Assembly (NCBI GenBank): GCA_964016885.1
Contig: OZ024746.1
Span: 11,780,001-11,844,000, forward strand
DNA from: Eledone cirrhosa
Lineage: Eukaryota
Direction: 5' to 3'
DNA length: 64,000 nucleotides
Each line of letters begins with the position of its first letter. Position 1 is the stretch's first letter. The notes beneath the pieces are model-generated. The model searched no databases. It was not told the origin of the DNA and saw only the letters and a list, made by a program, of their open reading frames with translations. Below, piece by piece: positions 12,041 through 25,500 of the stretch. The position numbers and the translations under genes were made by a program.

Positions 12041-12384
12041 ACGCCATTTTAATAATGAAATAATTAATAATCACTCCAAATTCTTCAGAAATTAACTAAA
12101 ACACAATGCATTTCAATATTTTATCAACTGAATCACATGAAAATCCTGTAAATATGTATTTTTTAAAAACCGTAATTATATAGAAACTTAAGTGAAGTAA
12201 ATTTCCTTCAATCATTAGTTGAAATGGGATAGCAGACACAACTCATTAAGTTTACCTCTTATACTCAAATACAATTGAGTGAAATCGGGTTCCGCTGAGG
12301 AATCTCTGGAATAATGTTACATGATAGGCTATGTAGCTTGGAAATCAGGGAGCTGCTACTCTTCTGCATTGAGAGTTCACAGTA

Positions 12385-12495
12385 ATACTGATATGTGGTT
12401 AGGATGTCAAAGGAAAGAATTGTAGGACAAATTTTACAAGTAAAACCAACTGGCAGGAGACCATGAGGTGGATCATGAACAAGATGGATAGCATC
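12385..12495 (+). mobile_element. RTE family 2 fragment
   Basis: atgtggttaggatgtcaaaggaaagaat..aaaaccaactggcaggagacc matches 500-600 and 36800-36890. Confidence 0.65.
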
Positions 12496-12826
12496 AATAT
12501 ATCACTAAAACCCAGCCACACACATGCAAATAATTTAGAACTTGAAATGTAATATGTGATCCACATTTTAAAAAATATAGGACAAACAATATCACAAAAC
12601 TCAGAGTTTTCAGGATCAAGAGGGACTAATTTGTCAAGAAGTCCTTATATTTCTCAAAGGTATCAGCTATGTACTTGAAGTGATATGGTTCAAACCAGAA
12701 ACGGAAATAAAATATTTAAATTGATTTGCCAAAACACTGAACAAATTATGATTTCTTTCAATAAGATAAAAAGTCATTCTGTTTTGTTTCTAAGGGGCCT
12801 TTTCTAACATGTATAAAAATGTAACT

Positions 12827-13130
12827 AAGACAATCAATCACCTTAACTTGAACATAAACAAATCTACACCAATTCAATGTTAGCCATGAATTCAATCAAA
12901 TGCAGTACCAGCCGATCCCACAAATAAACCTTTATGTCAGAAGCCTGTCAGTGAGGAAATCTGTCCACATAATCTCAAGGTATGATATACACATACATAG
13001 GTAAGACAGTTAATTACCTTAACTTGAATTTAAATAAATCTACAAACCAAAATTATATATAAACCCATATTCAACCTCACTCACCAGACTACACAAGAGA
13101 AAATAACAATTACACATGATCTCAAAACCA
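12827..13130 (+). repeat. Degenerate ~175 bp tandem duplication
   Basis: taagaca..accttaacttgaa..aaatctaca at ~12827 and ~13002; cacat(a/g)atctcaa in both units. Confidence 0.55.
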
Positions 13131-13565
13131 TATCCCAATCCTCCTGGTAAAACAACGAACCTGCACCAATTACTGGTATTGGGGTGACGAACGTCATCAG
13201 GCTGTAGCCATCATTTTATATAGTTTATATAAAATATAATTCATTGTCTTAAATAAATAACATTTATTTTTAAGTCATTAAATAAACATATGATGTCAAT
13301 TATATTTTACAATGATGGAAATAGGAAAAAAAAAGTTTTCATTATATTACTGATTAGACATTTTATCAACACCTGGCTTTAGCGGATTTTGAACTCAGAA
13401 TTATAACAAATCAGACTGAAAATCTAACCTTCATTCCAATACTTTTATCATTTGCACCATAAAAAGATAACTTGATTAATGTGATGGTGACAATAACAAT
13501 TATTCTATTACCATTGTTATAATGAGTTTAAACCCTTTTAAGTTCTACTCTTGCCTTCATACTTA

Positions 13566-13891
13566 CATCATCATCATTATTTTACGTCCGCTTTTCCCTG
13601 CCTGCAAGGGCGGGACGGGAACTGATTCTGGCTTGATTTCTACAGCTGGATGCCCTTCCTAACACCAACCTCATTTACAGTGAGTGCTGGGTGCTTTTTT
13701 GCCGTGGCACCTCCACGACCACTTTGCAGTGGAATGATAGGGACCCCAGTCCCTATCATCTCATTTCTACAGCTGAGTAAACTGGAACAATGTGAAATAA
13801 AGTCTCTTGCTCAAATCACCCGGTCTGAGAATTGAACTCACAACCTTTCGATTGCAAGGCCAATGCTCTAACCACTAAGCCATATGCCTCC
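13566..13891 (-). mobile_element. SINE family B (tRNA head, CORE-like segment, RTE 3' tail), nested in a decayed SINE A
   Basis: Near-identical reverse complement of 50166-50516; flanks read gccttcatacttac | atagttgataaaataagtaccagt. Confidence 0.9.
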
Positions 13892-14119
13892 ACATAGTTG
13901 ATAAAATAAGTACCAGTGAAATACAATAACAATTTATTCAACTACATTTTTCTTATAATCTGACATTGTGCTGGTATTAAGAATCATTATTACGTGGGTT
14001 ATTGTGGTAGTGGATGGCAGAATTAGCAGAGAGCTAGATAAACTGTTACATCTCTACATTTCAAGTATAAATCTCATTAAGACCAGCTTTTCTGAGGGAA
14101 AGTAAACCAACTCTACTCT

Positions 14120-14282
14120 CTCTCAGTAATATACTAGGATCAACTTAACTAACAATACTCTCACAGTAATATACTGGTGTCTAATTAATCAACTGTATGC
14201 CATCTCACAGTAATACACTGGGGTCTAAGTAATCAATTGTATGCTGTCTCACATTAATATACTGAGACCTTATTTAGTCAAC
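14120..14282 (+). repeat. ~44 bp degenerate tandem repeat (about 4 units)
   Basis: Recurrent ctc(a/t)cagtaata(t/c)act.g.. Confidence 0.75.
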
Positions 14283-17200
14283 AGCCTCTTAATAAATTTT
14301 TATTGTAAATAGACAGACATTACACTGGATTAAATCAATAGTTAGAATCCCACTAGGGTTTACTTTACAAGCAATCATTAGATAAGAAGAAAATTTGTAG
14401 AATCATTAGTGTCATGTTTGTTTTGGCTCTTAGTTCAAATCCCATCAAGATCCACTTTAATTTTCATTTTTTTTTTTTTTTTTTTTCAATTTGTTAGATA
14501 AAATACTGCCAGTCCAGCTGAGTGGATTGTCAGAATTGTTAGAGAATCAGATGAGATATTCTCTTTGTATTTAGAGTTCAAATTCTGCATCATAGTGAAG
14601 TAATGTTATTATGAAGTGTCGGCAAGGCAGTCTATGAAACTCCACTGATCACACAAAACTAATGCGACATGACTTCATAATGAGGCATGGCAGGATTTTT
14701 AATATACAAGGGATCAACTTTATTACTCCCCTCAACAATTGGTCTTGTGCTTTATTTAAAATTACTTATTGTTACAAGTGAAAGAATAATCCTGCAGAGT
14801 CAACTTCCCCTTTCGATAGAATAAACACAAGTGATGTATTGGGACTAATTAAAATCAAAGCATTGTTCCAAATTATTTTTGTAATGGCCTGAAGCCTCGG
14901 TCTTCATTGCGAAGTTGGTTGGAAAATTCTAAACAAAACGAGAACTGAAACCATGAATAATAATTTCTGAATTCAACATGGTTTTCTCGGAATATGTAAT
15001 GTTTGTATCTTTCTGAAAAATAGGGAGTTCAGTCGTCCCAACTTAAAATTGCAATCACCGCCAAGAATATGCCTCCAGAACTTGATTTAATCGACCTCCA
15101 AGAACTTGGTAATGATTTTATTGATTCTAGAAGGATAAAGAACCAAGCCATCCCGGCGACATCTAAACTCAGAACGTAGAGATTCCTAACAAGATTCTAT
15201 TTAGCATTTAGTTCAACGATCTTCCTATAATGGTATAATACAGAAAGCTGTAGTGTTGATGCCTTTCCAATGAGAATTATATTGAATAAAAAAGGGTCAG
15301 AAAAGGGTTCAAAGGTCATTCAAACTATACAATATTCTTTTGTTTTCTAGACACAAAGTTCTATATTTTAGAGGAGAAATGTGAGGTTGATATATTGATC
15401 CCTTACCAAACAGTATTAATGGTATATGGGAAAAGAATTGCCTTCAATTAGATATCGAACCCGAAAAGTGGCCTCAGCTCATGAGGAAACCCCTGCTCTG
15501 CGAGGTCGCCCAATTCGTTAAAATTATAAGTCTAAACTCATGTAGTAGTTTTGACCATAGACAAGATTTTAATTCAATTTTGCATCATGCTTGTTTTTAA
15601 AATCGTTATTATTGTTATTTTAATGTTGTAATCGTCGCAGAGATGACGACGCGGGTCCAATTCCTTCTAGTTTACCTGTAGGATTTTCCATTGTAAAATA
15701 ACATTCAGCAAATGTTCTATAAAATATTTTTTGTAATCTTACCAGAAAGTATTCTTAATAAAAAGAAAGAAAAAAATAACTGCAACGACAAATAATTTTT
15801 TTTCAATATGTAACCGAAAAAAAAATATTTCCGATGCAAAAATGGAAAGAAAATTAAAAAATATAAATATCAACTGTTTCCAGTGCTTTCTGAAATAACC
15901 GCCATTCTCGTCTGTAACCCACCCATCCCCATCATCGGGTCGCTGTCAGAGGACAGGTTCAATAGTACTGCTACATGTTCACTAACATTAGATTTGGGTG
16001 TTCTAATAAAACTTTTCAACGTTTATAACTGGCATCATTAGTGAGGAGAAAAAATACAAAATGCCGTTCTGTGTTAAGGAATAAAAAATAGTTTTTAAAA
16101 TGATGATCTCCCTTTGACCAAATAACTAGGTTAGTAAGTAGTTGAAAATAGAATAGTAGTATAACAGTGCAGGAAATAAATGCTTGTTTGTGGATGCTGT
16201 GTGAATTGCTTCACTTTAAAGTAATCAAATGTATATAGCTTTTTGCTGAACAGTAAACTTGTGTGTAGTTGTTATGTGTATGAACCTATACAGTCTTACA
16301 AGAGGCCATTCAATATAGTCACATTTTAACAAAATGGCTACTCTGGACTAGCGGGTGTTTCGGTGGCGATGGTTTTATTCGTAATGCGAAGTACATTTAA
16401 GAGCTTCGACGTCTTAAATAAGTTTAAAATTATTATTGAATACCGCAAATCGTTTGGCTGTGACTAGTGATGACCACGATATTGCTATAATTAATCGGAA
16501 TCAGAAATGAAATTGGTTGGCGTATAATGGAGAAAGGTATATGGTAGCAGTTATTACATAGTGTAAAGTAACCAAGATGGCCGTTATACGTCTATGGAGA
16601 GATTTGCCAGCTAACCCATTTCATCAGAGGAATACCCTAAGCAGTTTACTTCATCTCTCAGGAAGTTCTTTTTTATAACTGGTTATGATTTTCTGTGATT
16701 TCTCTTTACTGAAAAAATTTCACAGGATTATTATATACATAAATCTGTTGGATATTTCTATAGAGTACCTTAGAATCATTATCCTCCATGTTTAAGCTGC
16801 TATAGAAAAAAAAACGTTTCTCACAAAAATGCGTTACAAAAACATAAATCCTCGATAATAATTACATATTTTAATTAGAAAGGCTTAAAATAATTTCAGT
16901 TTCTTCGTGTATGTTGTAAATTGTGTGTATTTAAAAGGGATTCTTTTATATCTTTCCTTCTTTCTTTCTTCCTCACTCCCCCTCTGTCTATTTCTCCCGC
17001 GCTTTGCTAAGTTTCCACCATGTTTTAACTTAACTCAATAATGAGTGTGAGTGAAGGCTGAGCAGCTGCCACAGTCGTCATGGAGAAAAGTAAACAAAGA
17101 AAATCTCTAATCTCTGATATTTAGAGACAATTCGACACGTTAATTTCTACCATATGTTATATTTCTTCTAACGTTTCACCTTACTTAATATTTTACATGT

Positions 17201-20200
17201 AGAGTTATTTAATTTATTATATACCTTCCATTAAATCGGTTCTTATAAAATTGTGTCTTTTAAATTAATGTTGTATAAACTTCAGTTTGGAATCCTTTAA
17301 TATCAAATTAATTACTTCATTATATACAGTACGTTAGATTCTGCCATATGGAATTATCTTGAATTCAGTTCAGTATATTGTCATTGTAATTTTACAAGTG
17401 GAATGGAAAGTACATCGTATGATACGCCTGAGTTAACATTATTATATACATTTCTATTTTTACTGCTAATATTGTCTTCAAAAATAGTGGTAAACCCTGG
17501 AAGAACAGAATATGGCCGCCAGCTAGTACCGCGAGCCAGACCATTAAAATATAAACATATCATTCCCAAACAATATTGCTACATTTCAGTAAGGTTTCTA
17601 TGTATAATAAACGGTGAAGATCCATTAAACCTTGGATATAGATGTAAGAACGATTCAGCTTAAGATTAATAATTTCGTTGATATAAATGCCCCCCCCCCC
17701 TAAATGTTGGTAGTGATTTGCCCTTTATCTCTTATTTATATATATTCATGTATAAATTGTGCGTAGCATTTTGGAAAATATGTCTACTTGTGACATATTT
17801 TAAATGTTTATGATCTATTCACTTCATAGGCTATTCTAAGGGTCAATTATCTACATAAATACATATTTATATTGAAGCAACTTTTTTCTTATCGTATTCA
17901 ATTAGATTTTCTCTGATTATTCATTTATAAGTTAACGAACGTCCATTGTCCAACCAACAGCTTCAACGTTCGTATATGACCATTGGTCATAATGATGGAA
18001 GGTTGTTCATAATTAATTCAGCCTCTAAACAATATGGAGGTGGAAATAATCGTTTACTCGAAACTGTAATAAAACTTAAACCCTACCCCACACACAAACA
18101 TCGAAATAAAATCAAAAGCAGAATAAATTACTGAATAGACAAAATTATCATTATTAGTAGTAGCAGTCGCCGTAGTGATTTAATTATGCTCTTAAGTAAA
18201 TAGATGAACGTCACAACTCCAAAAAATTACCTTTTTATTTTTTACTCAAATTATTTCTTTTAATATTACAATGTGGCGATATCGATTCTTAGCGTTAAAG
18301 TTATTTCATATATTTCTAATGTCCTTGCGAAAAGCATGAATATTACAACATCCCATTCCTTGCTCTATAAATACCAGTTCTGTCCATGTAAAGAAAAATA
18401 TGATTGAATAGTTTAGACAATGGAAATTCTAAAGTCAAATTTATATTGTCTGCTGCAATAATTATTTACCTCCACACGAATTTTAAAGTTTTTCTTATAA
18501 ATTTTTTATGTCTTTCCTCGCGTTAGTGTTGATCTTTTAAGACATCTAAGAATGAATGTTTCTTTTCTGCAACTTGTGTATTAATTCGTTTTTTGTTTTG
18601 TTCTTAGTTTTTCTAACCTCATTCGAAGTTGTAGCTACAAAGTTAACCAAAATGCTATAAATTATTTATTTCTAAGAAAATAAACTTTTTTTCAATCGGA
18701 TCCTACCCAAACTTAAATTGTGATTAAAATCCTAATATATATATATACATATATTTATATAGTTTAATTTGTTTGATGTTAAAAATGGTCAGTGTTTTTA
18801 TAGTTCTCGTTTTGTTTTGGTTTTGAAATCGTCAAAGTTGTATTACAGCAATAATATATAGTTATAGCTATATGATTGAGATATAAGCATTGTTTCTATT
18901 TATATATAGAAGGTTAGTGCTTTTTACACATATTTTCATGAATATATATTAACTGGTGTGGCTCTATTATTGACGCCACGATATTAGGTCGAGAGTCGTT
19001 GGTTTTATATGAAGAAACGATGAAAATCTGATCAGTGCTTCCATTGTGTTGAAATGGAAGCGGGGGTGTTTGATTAACTAAATAATTTAACAATCGTCCC
19101 TGTCGTCTTTTATTTATCTCTCATTCTTTTCAATATTTTTAGTGACAGCAACTTAACAAATCATTCTTGTAATTATTTATTACTTCGTTCATTACTTTCG
19201 ACCAGCGAATAGAATAGAAATAAAAATACCACCACCTTAATAATACTGTTAGCTGTTTTAGATAATTATCATCTATCATTTTTGTTTGTTAATACGAGTC
19301 TTGTCACTACACTTAACCCGCTTCCAACTCGAGGACAGCATGAACATCACAGCATCATATTTCTTCCTATTCCGTATAAATTTAAAGTTTTGTCTATGTA
19401 AGAAATGAATTATTATTAATTTTGATATCTGGTTGGCGCCATTTCACTTATTTCGTGCTCCCTAAATTTCCTATTTCTTTCCATTCACTCTTCCGTTGCA
19501 AAAGACAATGACACCATGTGTCTTTTTAACAAATTATTATTATTATTATTTTGTTAGTTTCTATTTCCGGTTGGATGTCTTCTCTGATGTTGCATGAATA
19601 CAAAAAAAAATTCATTTATTTTCCCCTTCAACACTTGTCAAGTTCTCCATTTCTAGCTATTTTATTACGATTTTCATAGAAATTATCATTGTTGTTGGAT
19701 TTTTAAAAAAATTATTAATATTGAATGATATCGATATGTTTTGAAAATTTGAGGCTGTGTCAGAGTAACGATTCGTTAGTGTAGATGAAGTATAATTTGT
19801 CACAAGTACTCTATTATGTTAATATCAATTTTTCATAACATTAAATGTTTGTAAAATCTAAGAATCTTTGTGTATATATATATACATATAAACTTCGTTC
19901 TAAATAATATTTGATGAGATAGGACCATCCATTATTTCTTATTACTGTTTATTGTTATAACAAAAATTGTAAAATTTCATTAAAATTTTATCTATTATTC
20001 ACAATGTTTTACATCATTGTTATTACCATTATTATTCACTTTTTTTTTCATTTAAAATGTCTGACATTGTGTATACATTGTACCATGATTCAACATTTGG
20101 GAAAGGCATGAACATCACAACATGTGGGAATTGTCTTCCCTTGGAAAAGTCATTAACTACATAGTTCATTACTTTAAACAATCTGACTTCAAGCTTTTAT

Positions 20201-20279
20201 TAAGGATGGAGGGAAATCACACATATAATTCAATCTGTAATATTCTCTCGTATTCTGCCTCATTCATAAAGCTTTGTAA

Positions 20280-20620
20280 GTGCGGAAAATATCAGAATCG
20301 GTAGAGCGCCTGATAAAATACATTGCAGCATTTAATTACGTCCCTTTAGGTTTTTTTGTTCGAATCTCAGGGCCGACTTTATCGCCTGTGTTTATTGATA
20401 GTTCGTTCTTCCTAGTCAATGAAATAAGTAGTCTCCCTCCGTTGAATTTGTGGCTTTAACGCCTATGTTAGAAATAATAATTATTATTGTTATTAAAGCA
20501 GAATTGTATTGGACTAAAATGCCTTTAGTTACGCCCCTTTACGTTCTGAGTTCAAATAGCGCCAGATTCGACTTTACGTATTTCCGTGGTCGACAACTGC
20601 GTACCAGTTAAATACTGACT
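20280..20620 (+). mobile_element. Two diverged SINE A copies
   Basis: agaatcggtagagcg..; tttacgttctgagttcaaat..gtcgac..gtaccagt. Confidence 0.6.
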
Positions 20621-21846
20621 TGTGATTAAATTATTGTTGTTATATTTAATATTCTCTGAAATTATTACTATCTATATTGTTAAAAAAGCCATAACGATAA
20701 TTTAGTGATTACGATTCGTTTATGTTGATGGAATCTTTCTCAAAATTATTATTATTATAGACATATTTTTGTATACTTATTTTAATGAATACTTTCGATC
20801 TGTATTTGTAGTAAGCTAAATGTAAACTCGAAAATATTTTCATCAATGTCAACATCGAAGAACAATGATTTTTAAACAACTATTAATTACGAAAAAAATG
20901 TTGTTGTTTTTTTTATTTCGTCGACATCATTTTAATCTTCACGTTTATGCAAAATTTCATTTTAAATTATGCTTTATTAAGAAAGTTATGAGGAAACAAA
21001 TACCTTAAAAACTACATTCTCTAACGTGTCTGTAGCGTTTTGTAAGACAGTAGGGTATGATTTAACTACTATTTCTAGCAGGTCAAGCAACCGAGTAAAG
21101 GTTCTCACGATATCTCGAGTTGCTACAGTATATATAGCCTTGGCCGTAATGGCTAGAACAAATAAAAGTATCAAAGAACATTATGTAAAGGTTGACTGTG
21201 CTTTCCATCAATCTGTGTTTGATAAAATAACCAGTCGAAACAATCAACTGACCCCTCCACCTTTCTTTCAATGTGTGGCTTTGAGCCTTCTTTGTAAGAA
21301 AATAATATTGTTACTGCTACCGCAATGCGTGTCTTCACGGTTGAATTCGTTCGAGTTGATACTTTGGTTTTTATCAAATCTCATCTGTTTTGTTTTCCAC
21401 ACTAAACAAAAATATTCAGCAATTCTGTTGCTATAAGAATTTGAAATTAGAACATTACCGTACTTGCACCATTTTTTTTTTTTTTTAAATTTAGTTTTCA
21501 TTTCACTCATCTCTTTAATTGAACACATGACTCATCTGCAAATACATGATTAGTTATGTATGTGTGTGTATATCTATCTTAATATACATTAAATCTGTTT
21601 TCATGTAAAGTATTGGTTATTTATATTACTATTTTATATTTATATATGTGAGTTTTAAAGTATGTGTTGTGTGTTTTTATATAAAACATATTTAACGTAA
21701 AAAGCAGCTGATGAACATGTTTGAAGATATGTGCATACATCACACACGTGTTTATTAATAGTTCGATATAAAAACATTAATATTGACATACATGAATGTA
21801 ATGTCTATTATTATTTATTGATAAAATAAACCAGTTATTATTAAAA

Positions 21847-22015
21847 AGGCGGCCAGAATACTTTGTGATATTTCGTTACGAGTCTTTACGTTCTGAGTTC
21901 AAATTCCGCCGAGGTCCACTTTATCTTATCCTTTCAGAATCGATAAAATATAGGATCGAATTCTTCGACCCCTCCCCTAAATCGCTGGTCTTGTATCTAA
22001 ATTAGAAACCATTAT
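21847..22015 (+). mobile_element. SINE family A
   Basis: tttacgttctgagttcaaattccgccgaggtc..tcgataaaata..tagaaaccattatt. Confidence 0.8.
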
Positions 22016-22257
22016 TCTTCTTATTTTTTTTAAAGCAATGGTATCATAAACAATAACTATTATTATTTATTGTTATGGTAGGGGCAACAGTTGCGTGTAT
22101 GAAATATGCACTGTTGATAGCAATTCAATTGATAGCTCTTGCCGGTAATTTAACAGATAATTAAGTGTTATTAAGATGTATAAAGAGTTTATGTTAATTT
22201 TACATTTGATAACATATCAGTTCGTTTAAATCAATATACTCATCACGTGCAAATATT

Positions 22258-22430
22258 GTAGTTATTTAGCCCCAGGTAAGTTCTATGATCACAGTATTCC
22301 AACCATGACCATACCGTTCCTGTGTTTGAAATAGTGTATTCCAGACAACATTAGTGTGCCTTTTTATTACATTAGGCATGTTTTGAAAAAGATGTGGCTG
22401 CTATTTCTAACAGGTTGTGCAACCATGATA
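22258..22430. repeat. Dispersed repeat family D (unclassified, probably SINE-like); other pieces at ~21040-21105, 28985-29155, 39920-40030, 46440-46495
   Basis: Shared catgaccat.cc and ctatttcta(g/a)caggt motifs. Confidence 0.6.
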
Positions 22431-23234
22431 TTGTCTCAATATCATCATCATCATCATCATCATCATTTTTAACGTCCGATTTCCCAGCTAACAGGTGTTG
22501 GATGGGTTGTCAAAAACCAAGTCCATACTCAAGTGGAGATATTAACCTCACAGGTGGACATGGGGCCCAGCACCTCACTTACAAAGAGCTATAGAGTCCC
22601 TTCAGCCCTTTCTTTGGTAGGTGCAACTTAAAAGGCTATAATTATTACATAATAGTATATTAAGGATGGATGTGCTTGTATAAAAAGAAAGGGAAACATG
22701 GCTACATGGGTCTTTCAACTACATGGTTTCAGGTTTGATCCCACTGCTCCATCTTAGATTGATTACTAATACCTTGTTAGTGGAAACAATGCAGAAAGCT
22801 GTCGTGTCTGTGTTTAGAAAAACCAGAGTTGCTTATGTTGTGTCTTTATGTCCTCTAATTTAACAACAGTTCAACAGAAATCAATAAATTAAGTACCTGA
22901 AATATATCATGGCAGAAATCAGTAAAATGAGGATGTTTATACATATATGTGAATGTATAAGAGTGTGTAGGAGCAAGGTGTCAGAGTGGAACCATTAATT
23001 CAGGTGTGACACAAGTTTGATCAGCTGAAGGTGCAATCCGTATCGATCAGGCCCAACTTTGGAATCAATAGCTCATCAGACTTTCTTGTTCACTATATAT
23101 AGGTGTGGACAACTGGTTTGTGAGGGCCATGTGTGGAGCTGAATCTAGCAAAGTGTGAGTTGGCAATGGGCATGGTGGTGAATTTAAATTCTGCAATCCA
23201 CTTGTGTTTATCGTTCTTCAGGCCACGATGGAGG

Positions 23235-23690
23235 AATATGGAACTGGCACTCCATGGGAGTTCCTGTGTGTTGATGATCTGGTTCTTATAACTAAATCTG
23301 TGCAGGAGTTGGTGGCAAAATTTCAAACATGTGGAGGAAATCTGGAATGAAGAGGCCTAAAAGTAAGCTTGACAATAACTAAGATCTTGATTGATGAGGA
23401 AGAGAACAGGAACCTGATAGCTTCTGAGAAGTTGCTTTGTTTGATATGTCGAAGACATGTGAACAGAATTTCCATAAGATGCACACAGTATAATCTATAG
23501 ACACAGGAGATTTAATGGAAGTAGAGATTTTGTATATAACAGGGGCATGTGAGAAGTAAACACAAGGAGCAAACATGGAAGGTTTCCCCAATTGCCCAAG
23601 AAGCTCCTTAGACGGATTTTGTTGCCTTAGGTGATCTAATTGACAATGGAGGAGGGAGTGCTCTGAAAGTGTGGTAGGATAACAAGTGAT
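23235..23690 (+). mobile_element. Degenerate RTE RT fragment, same region as 10300-10725
   Basis: ccatgggagttcctgtgtgttgatgatctggttctt (PWEFLCVDDLVL), decayed Cys finger, then LG..GGG region. Confidence 0.7.
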
Positions 23691-23700
23691 AAGGAGGTTG

Positions 23701-23870
23701 TTAACCTTTTAATGTTCTACCTCTTTCTGTTGAAACTGGCTGTAACTGGTCGCGCAAACTGATGTTAAGGTATTGTTCTCAAAATCTCATATTTGATATT
23801 ATGTGAGATAAAGCCTTTACCATGAAAATATAATAGTATATATAGAGTAATGTGAATGCTAAAGGGTTAA
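23701..23870 (+). mobile_element. TTAA-flanked MITE family 1
   Basis: ttaaccttttaatgtt..aatgctaaagggttaa. Confidence 0.82.
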
Positions 23871-23899
23871 TGTGTAGAAAGAAAAGCAGCATTTAAAAA

Positions 23900-25070
23900 A
23901 TCCTGAGGTACACCACAAGGTCAATTTCATTGAAAATTTTTGATCAAAAAGATGAGAGTTAATGTTGGAATCAACTTAACTAGGATGTTTCTAGGCTAGA
24001 TACAATCCATGGCTTTACTGTTTTCACCAAAATTCTGCAAGATGAGATGTTCCATTGGCTTGTGACAAAATGGAGCAAGTCTTCAGGAGATAAGGCTCTA
24101 AGGATACCATACTAATGGTCACTGTCTTCATTAACTTTAAAGTTGGTGGGCTCAAAGAGATTGTTCTTCTTCAGAATGAGATATTGTTGCATATTTCCAC
24201 TAATGGGAATAGACACCTGAAGATAGATTGATAGTGGGGTGGAGATTAAAGAGATTGACAAGTTATACCATCTAGCTCTTTAGTACAATAGAAGATAGCA
24301 CATCCTTATGACTAATTACCTTACCATGTTGTGTTGAAGTAGTAAGAAAGATTTTTGTCCTTAGAAAGAGTGAGTTACTAGGATACAGATAGTTAAAATA
24401 GGGTTTCATTGTGCATGTGGAGTATGAAAATGGAGCAAAATGAACAGCAAACATGATAGCATTATCTGTAGAATTGATGTAATTGGACCATCTTGGTTGC
24501 AATGTGGCAGATAAGAAGATTGGTAGAAACTAAAATAACTGACTGCGGTTTTTGGATATTAGAAAGCTTGCAGTTAAAACAAACTGCTTGAAAGCATTTT
24601 GTGTGTAGGAGATTTTTTTTTTACAGTTATCCTACAGCTTTTGCAAATGTGAAGGAACACTCCTCAGTTGAAAATGGTCAGTGGCTTCTTCTAGCTATGA
24701 TAGACAATGAACTATATGGGGGAGTTTGAGGTTCTTACAAATGTTATCAGTGGCGAAGTATATGTGTTACTAAGTGTAGATAGTATAGAATTGGTATAAC
24801 TAGTTAATTAGTTGGCTTGAATCAGAAAATTTAGAAAACAGATGAGGTTGTGAAGTGTATTGCCTTGGTTAGGTAATGGTCAAGCTATATTATAATTGTG
24901 ATAACAGGACAGAAGTTGAACTAAGAGGTCAAACCAAATGAAGGATAACAACTTCAATGTGAAGAGAGATGTCTGCAATGCCAGATGAAAAGAAGTTAAA
25001 CAACTGTTGGAATTGGTGAGCAGCATAAATAGCAGATAAATGAAGAAGTGTGAGGTTGAGTCAGAGTTAA
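23900..25070 (-). mobile_element. Highly decayed CR1/Jockey-type LINE ORF2 fragment
   Basis: Minus strand retains gtggtacctcagga (VVPQ) and a YG..DLL-like segment; many stops and deletions. Confidence 0.45.
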
Positions 25071-25319
25071 CTGAAAGATTTTATTATTGATGTCTATACC
25101 ATTGATTAACATCCATCTTCCCTGCTAACAATGGCTGGATGGGTGGTCACAGATAGATCAATATTCATGTGGAGCTACTGACTTTCCAAATGAGCCAGGT
25201 ATCTATGTCTTCCTTACGTATGATCTCATGCTCTACCTAGTGCATTTTATCATGGTACTAGCATTAAGGAATAGTCCTCCAGTCACCATCATGGCTGAAG
25301 AATTGTCCCCCTCATGTGC

Positions 25320-25500
25320 ATATACATTATATACTGTAAAGTGGTCGTTTTGGTGCCACAATAAAAAGCACCCAATACACACTGCAAATGTGGTTGGTGT
25401 TAAGAAGGGCATCTAGCCGTAGAAACCAAACCAGAATCAGTTCTGTATGAACAAGACATGGTCATCTGATCTGGCTTGTCTCACAACAGGAACAGTGATG
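25320..25500 (+). mobile_element. RTE/SINE B 3' tail fragment
   Basis: actgtaaagtggtcg..aaaagcaccca..tggttggtgttaagaagggcatctagccgtagaaacc. Confidence 0.75.

Noticed and set aside
17403-17663. 86 aa ORF with a hydrophobic stretch
   Set aside because: No recognisable motif or splice support; composition matches AT-rich background.
21452-21475. Possible minus-strand start exon ATGGTGCAAGTACG|gtaatg (similarly ATGGAAAATCCTACAG|gtaaac near 15672-15692)
   Set aside because: Too short to distinguish from chance, and no downstream exons could be linked.
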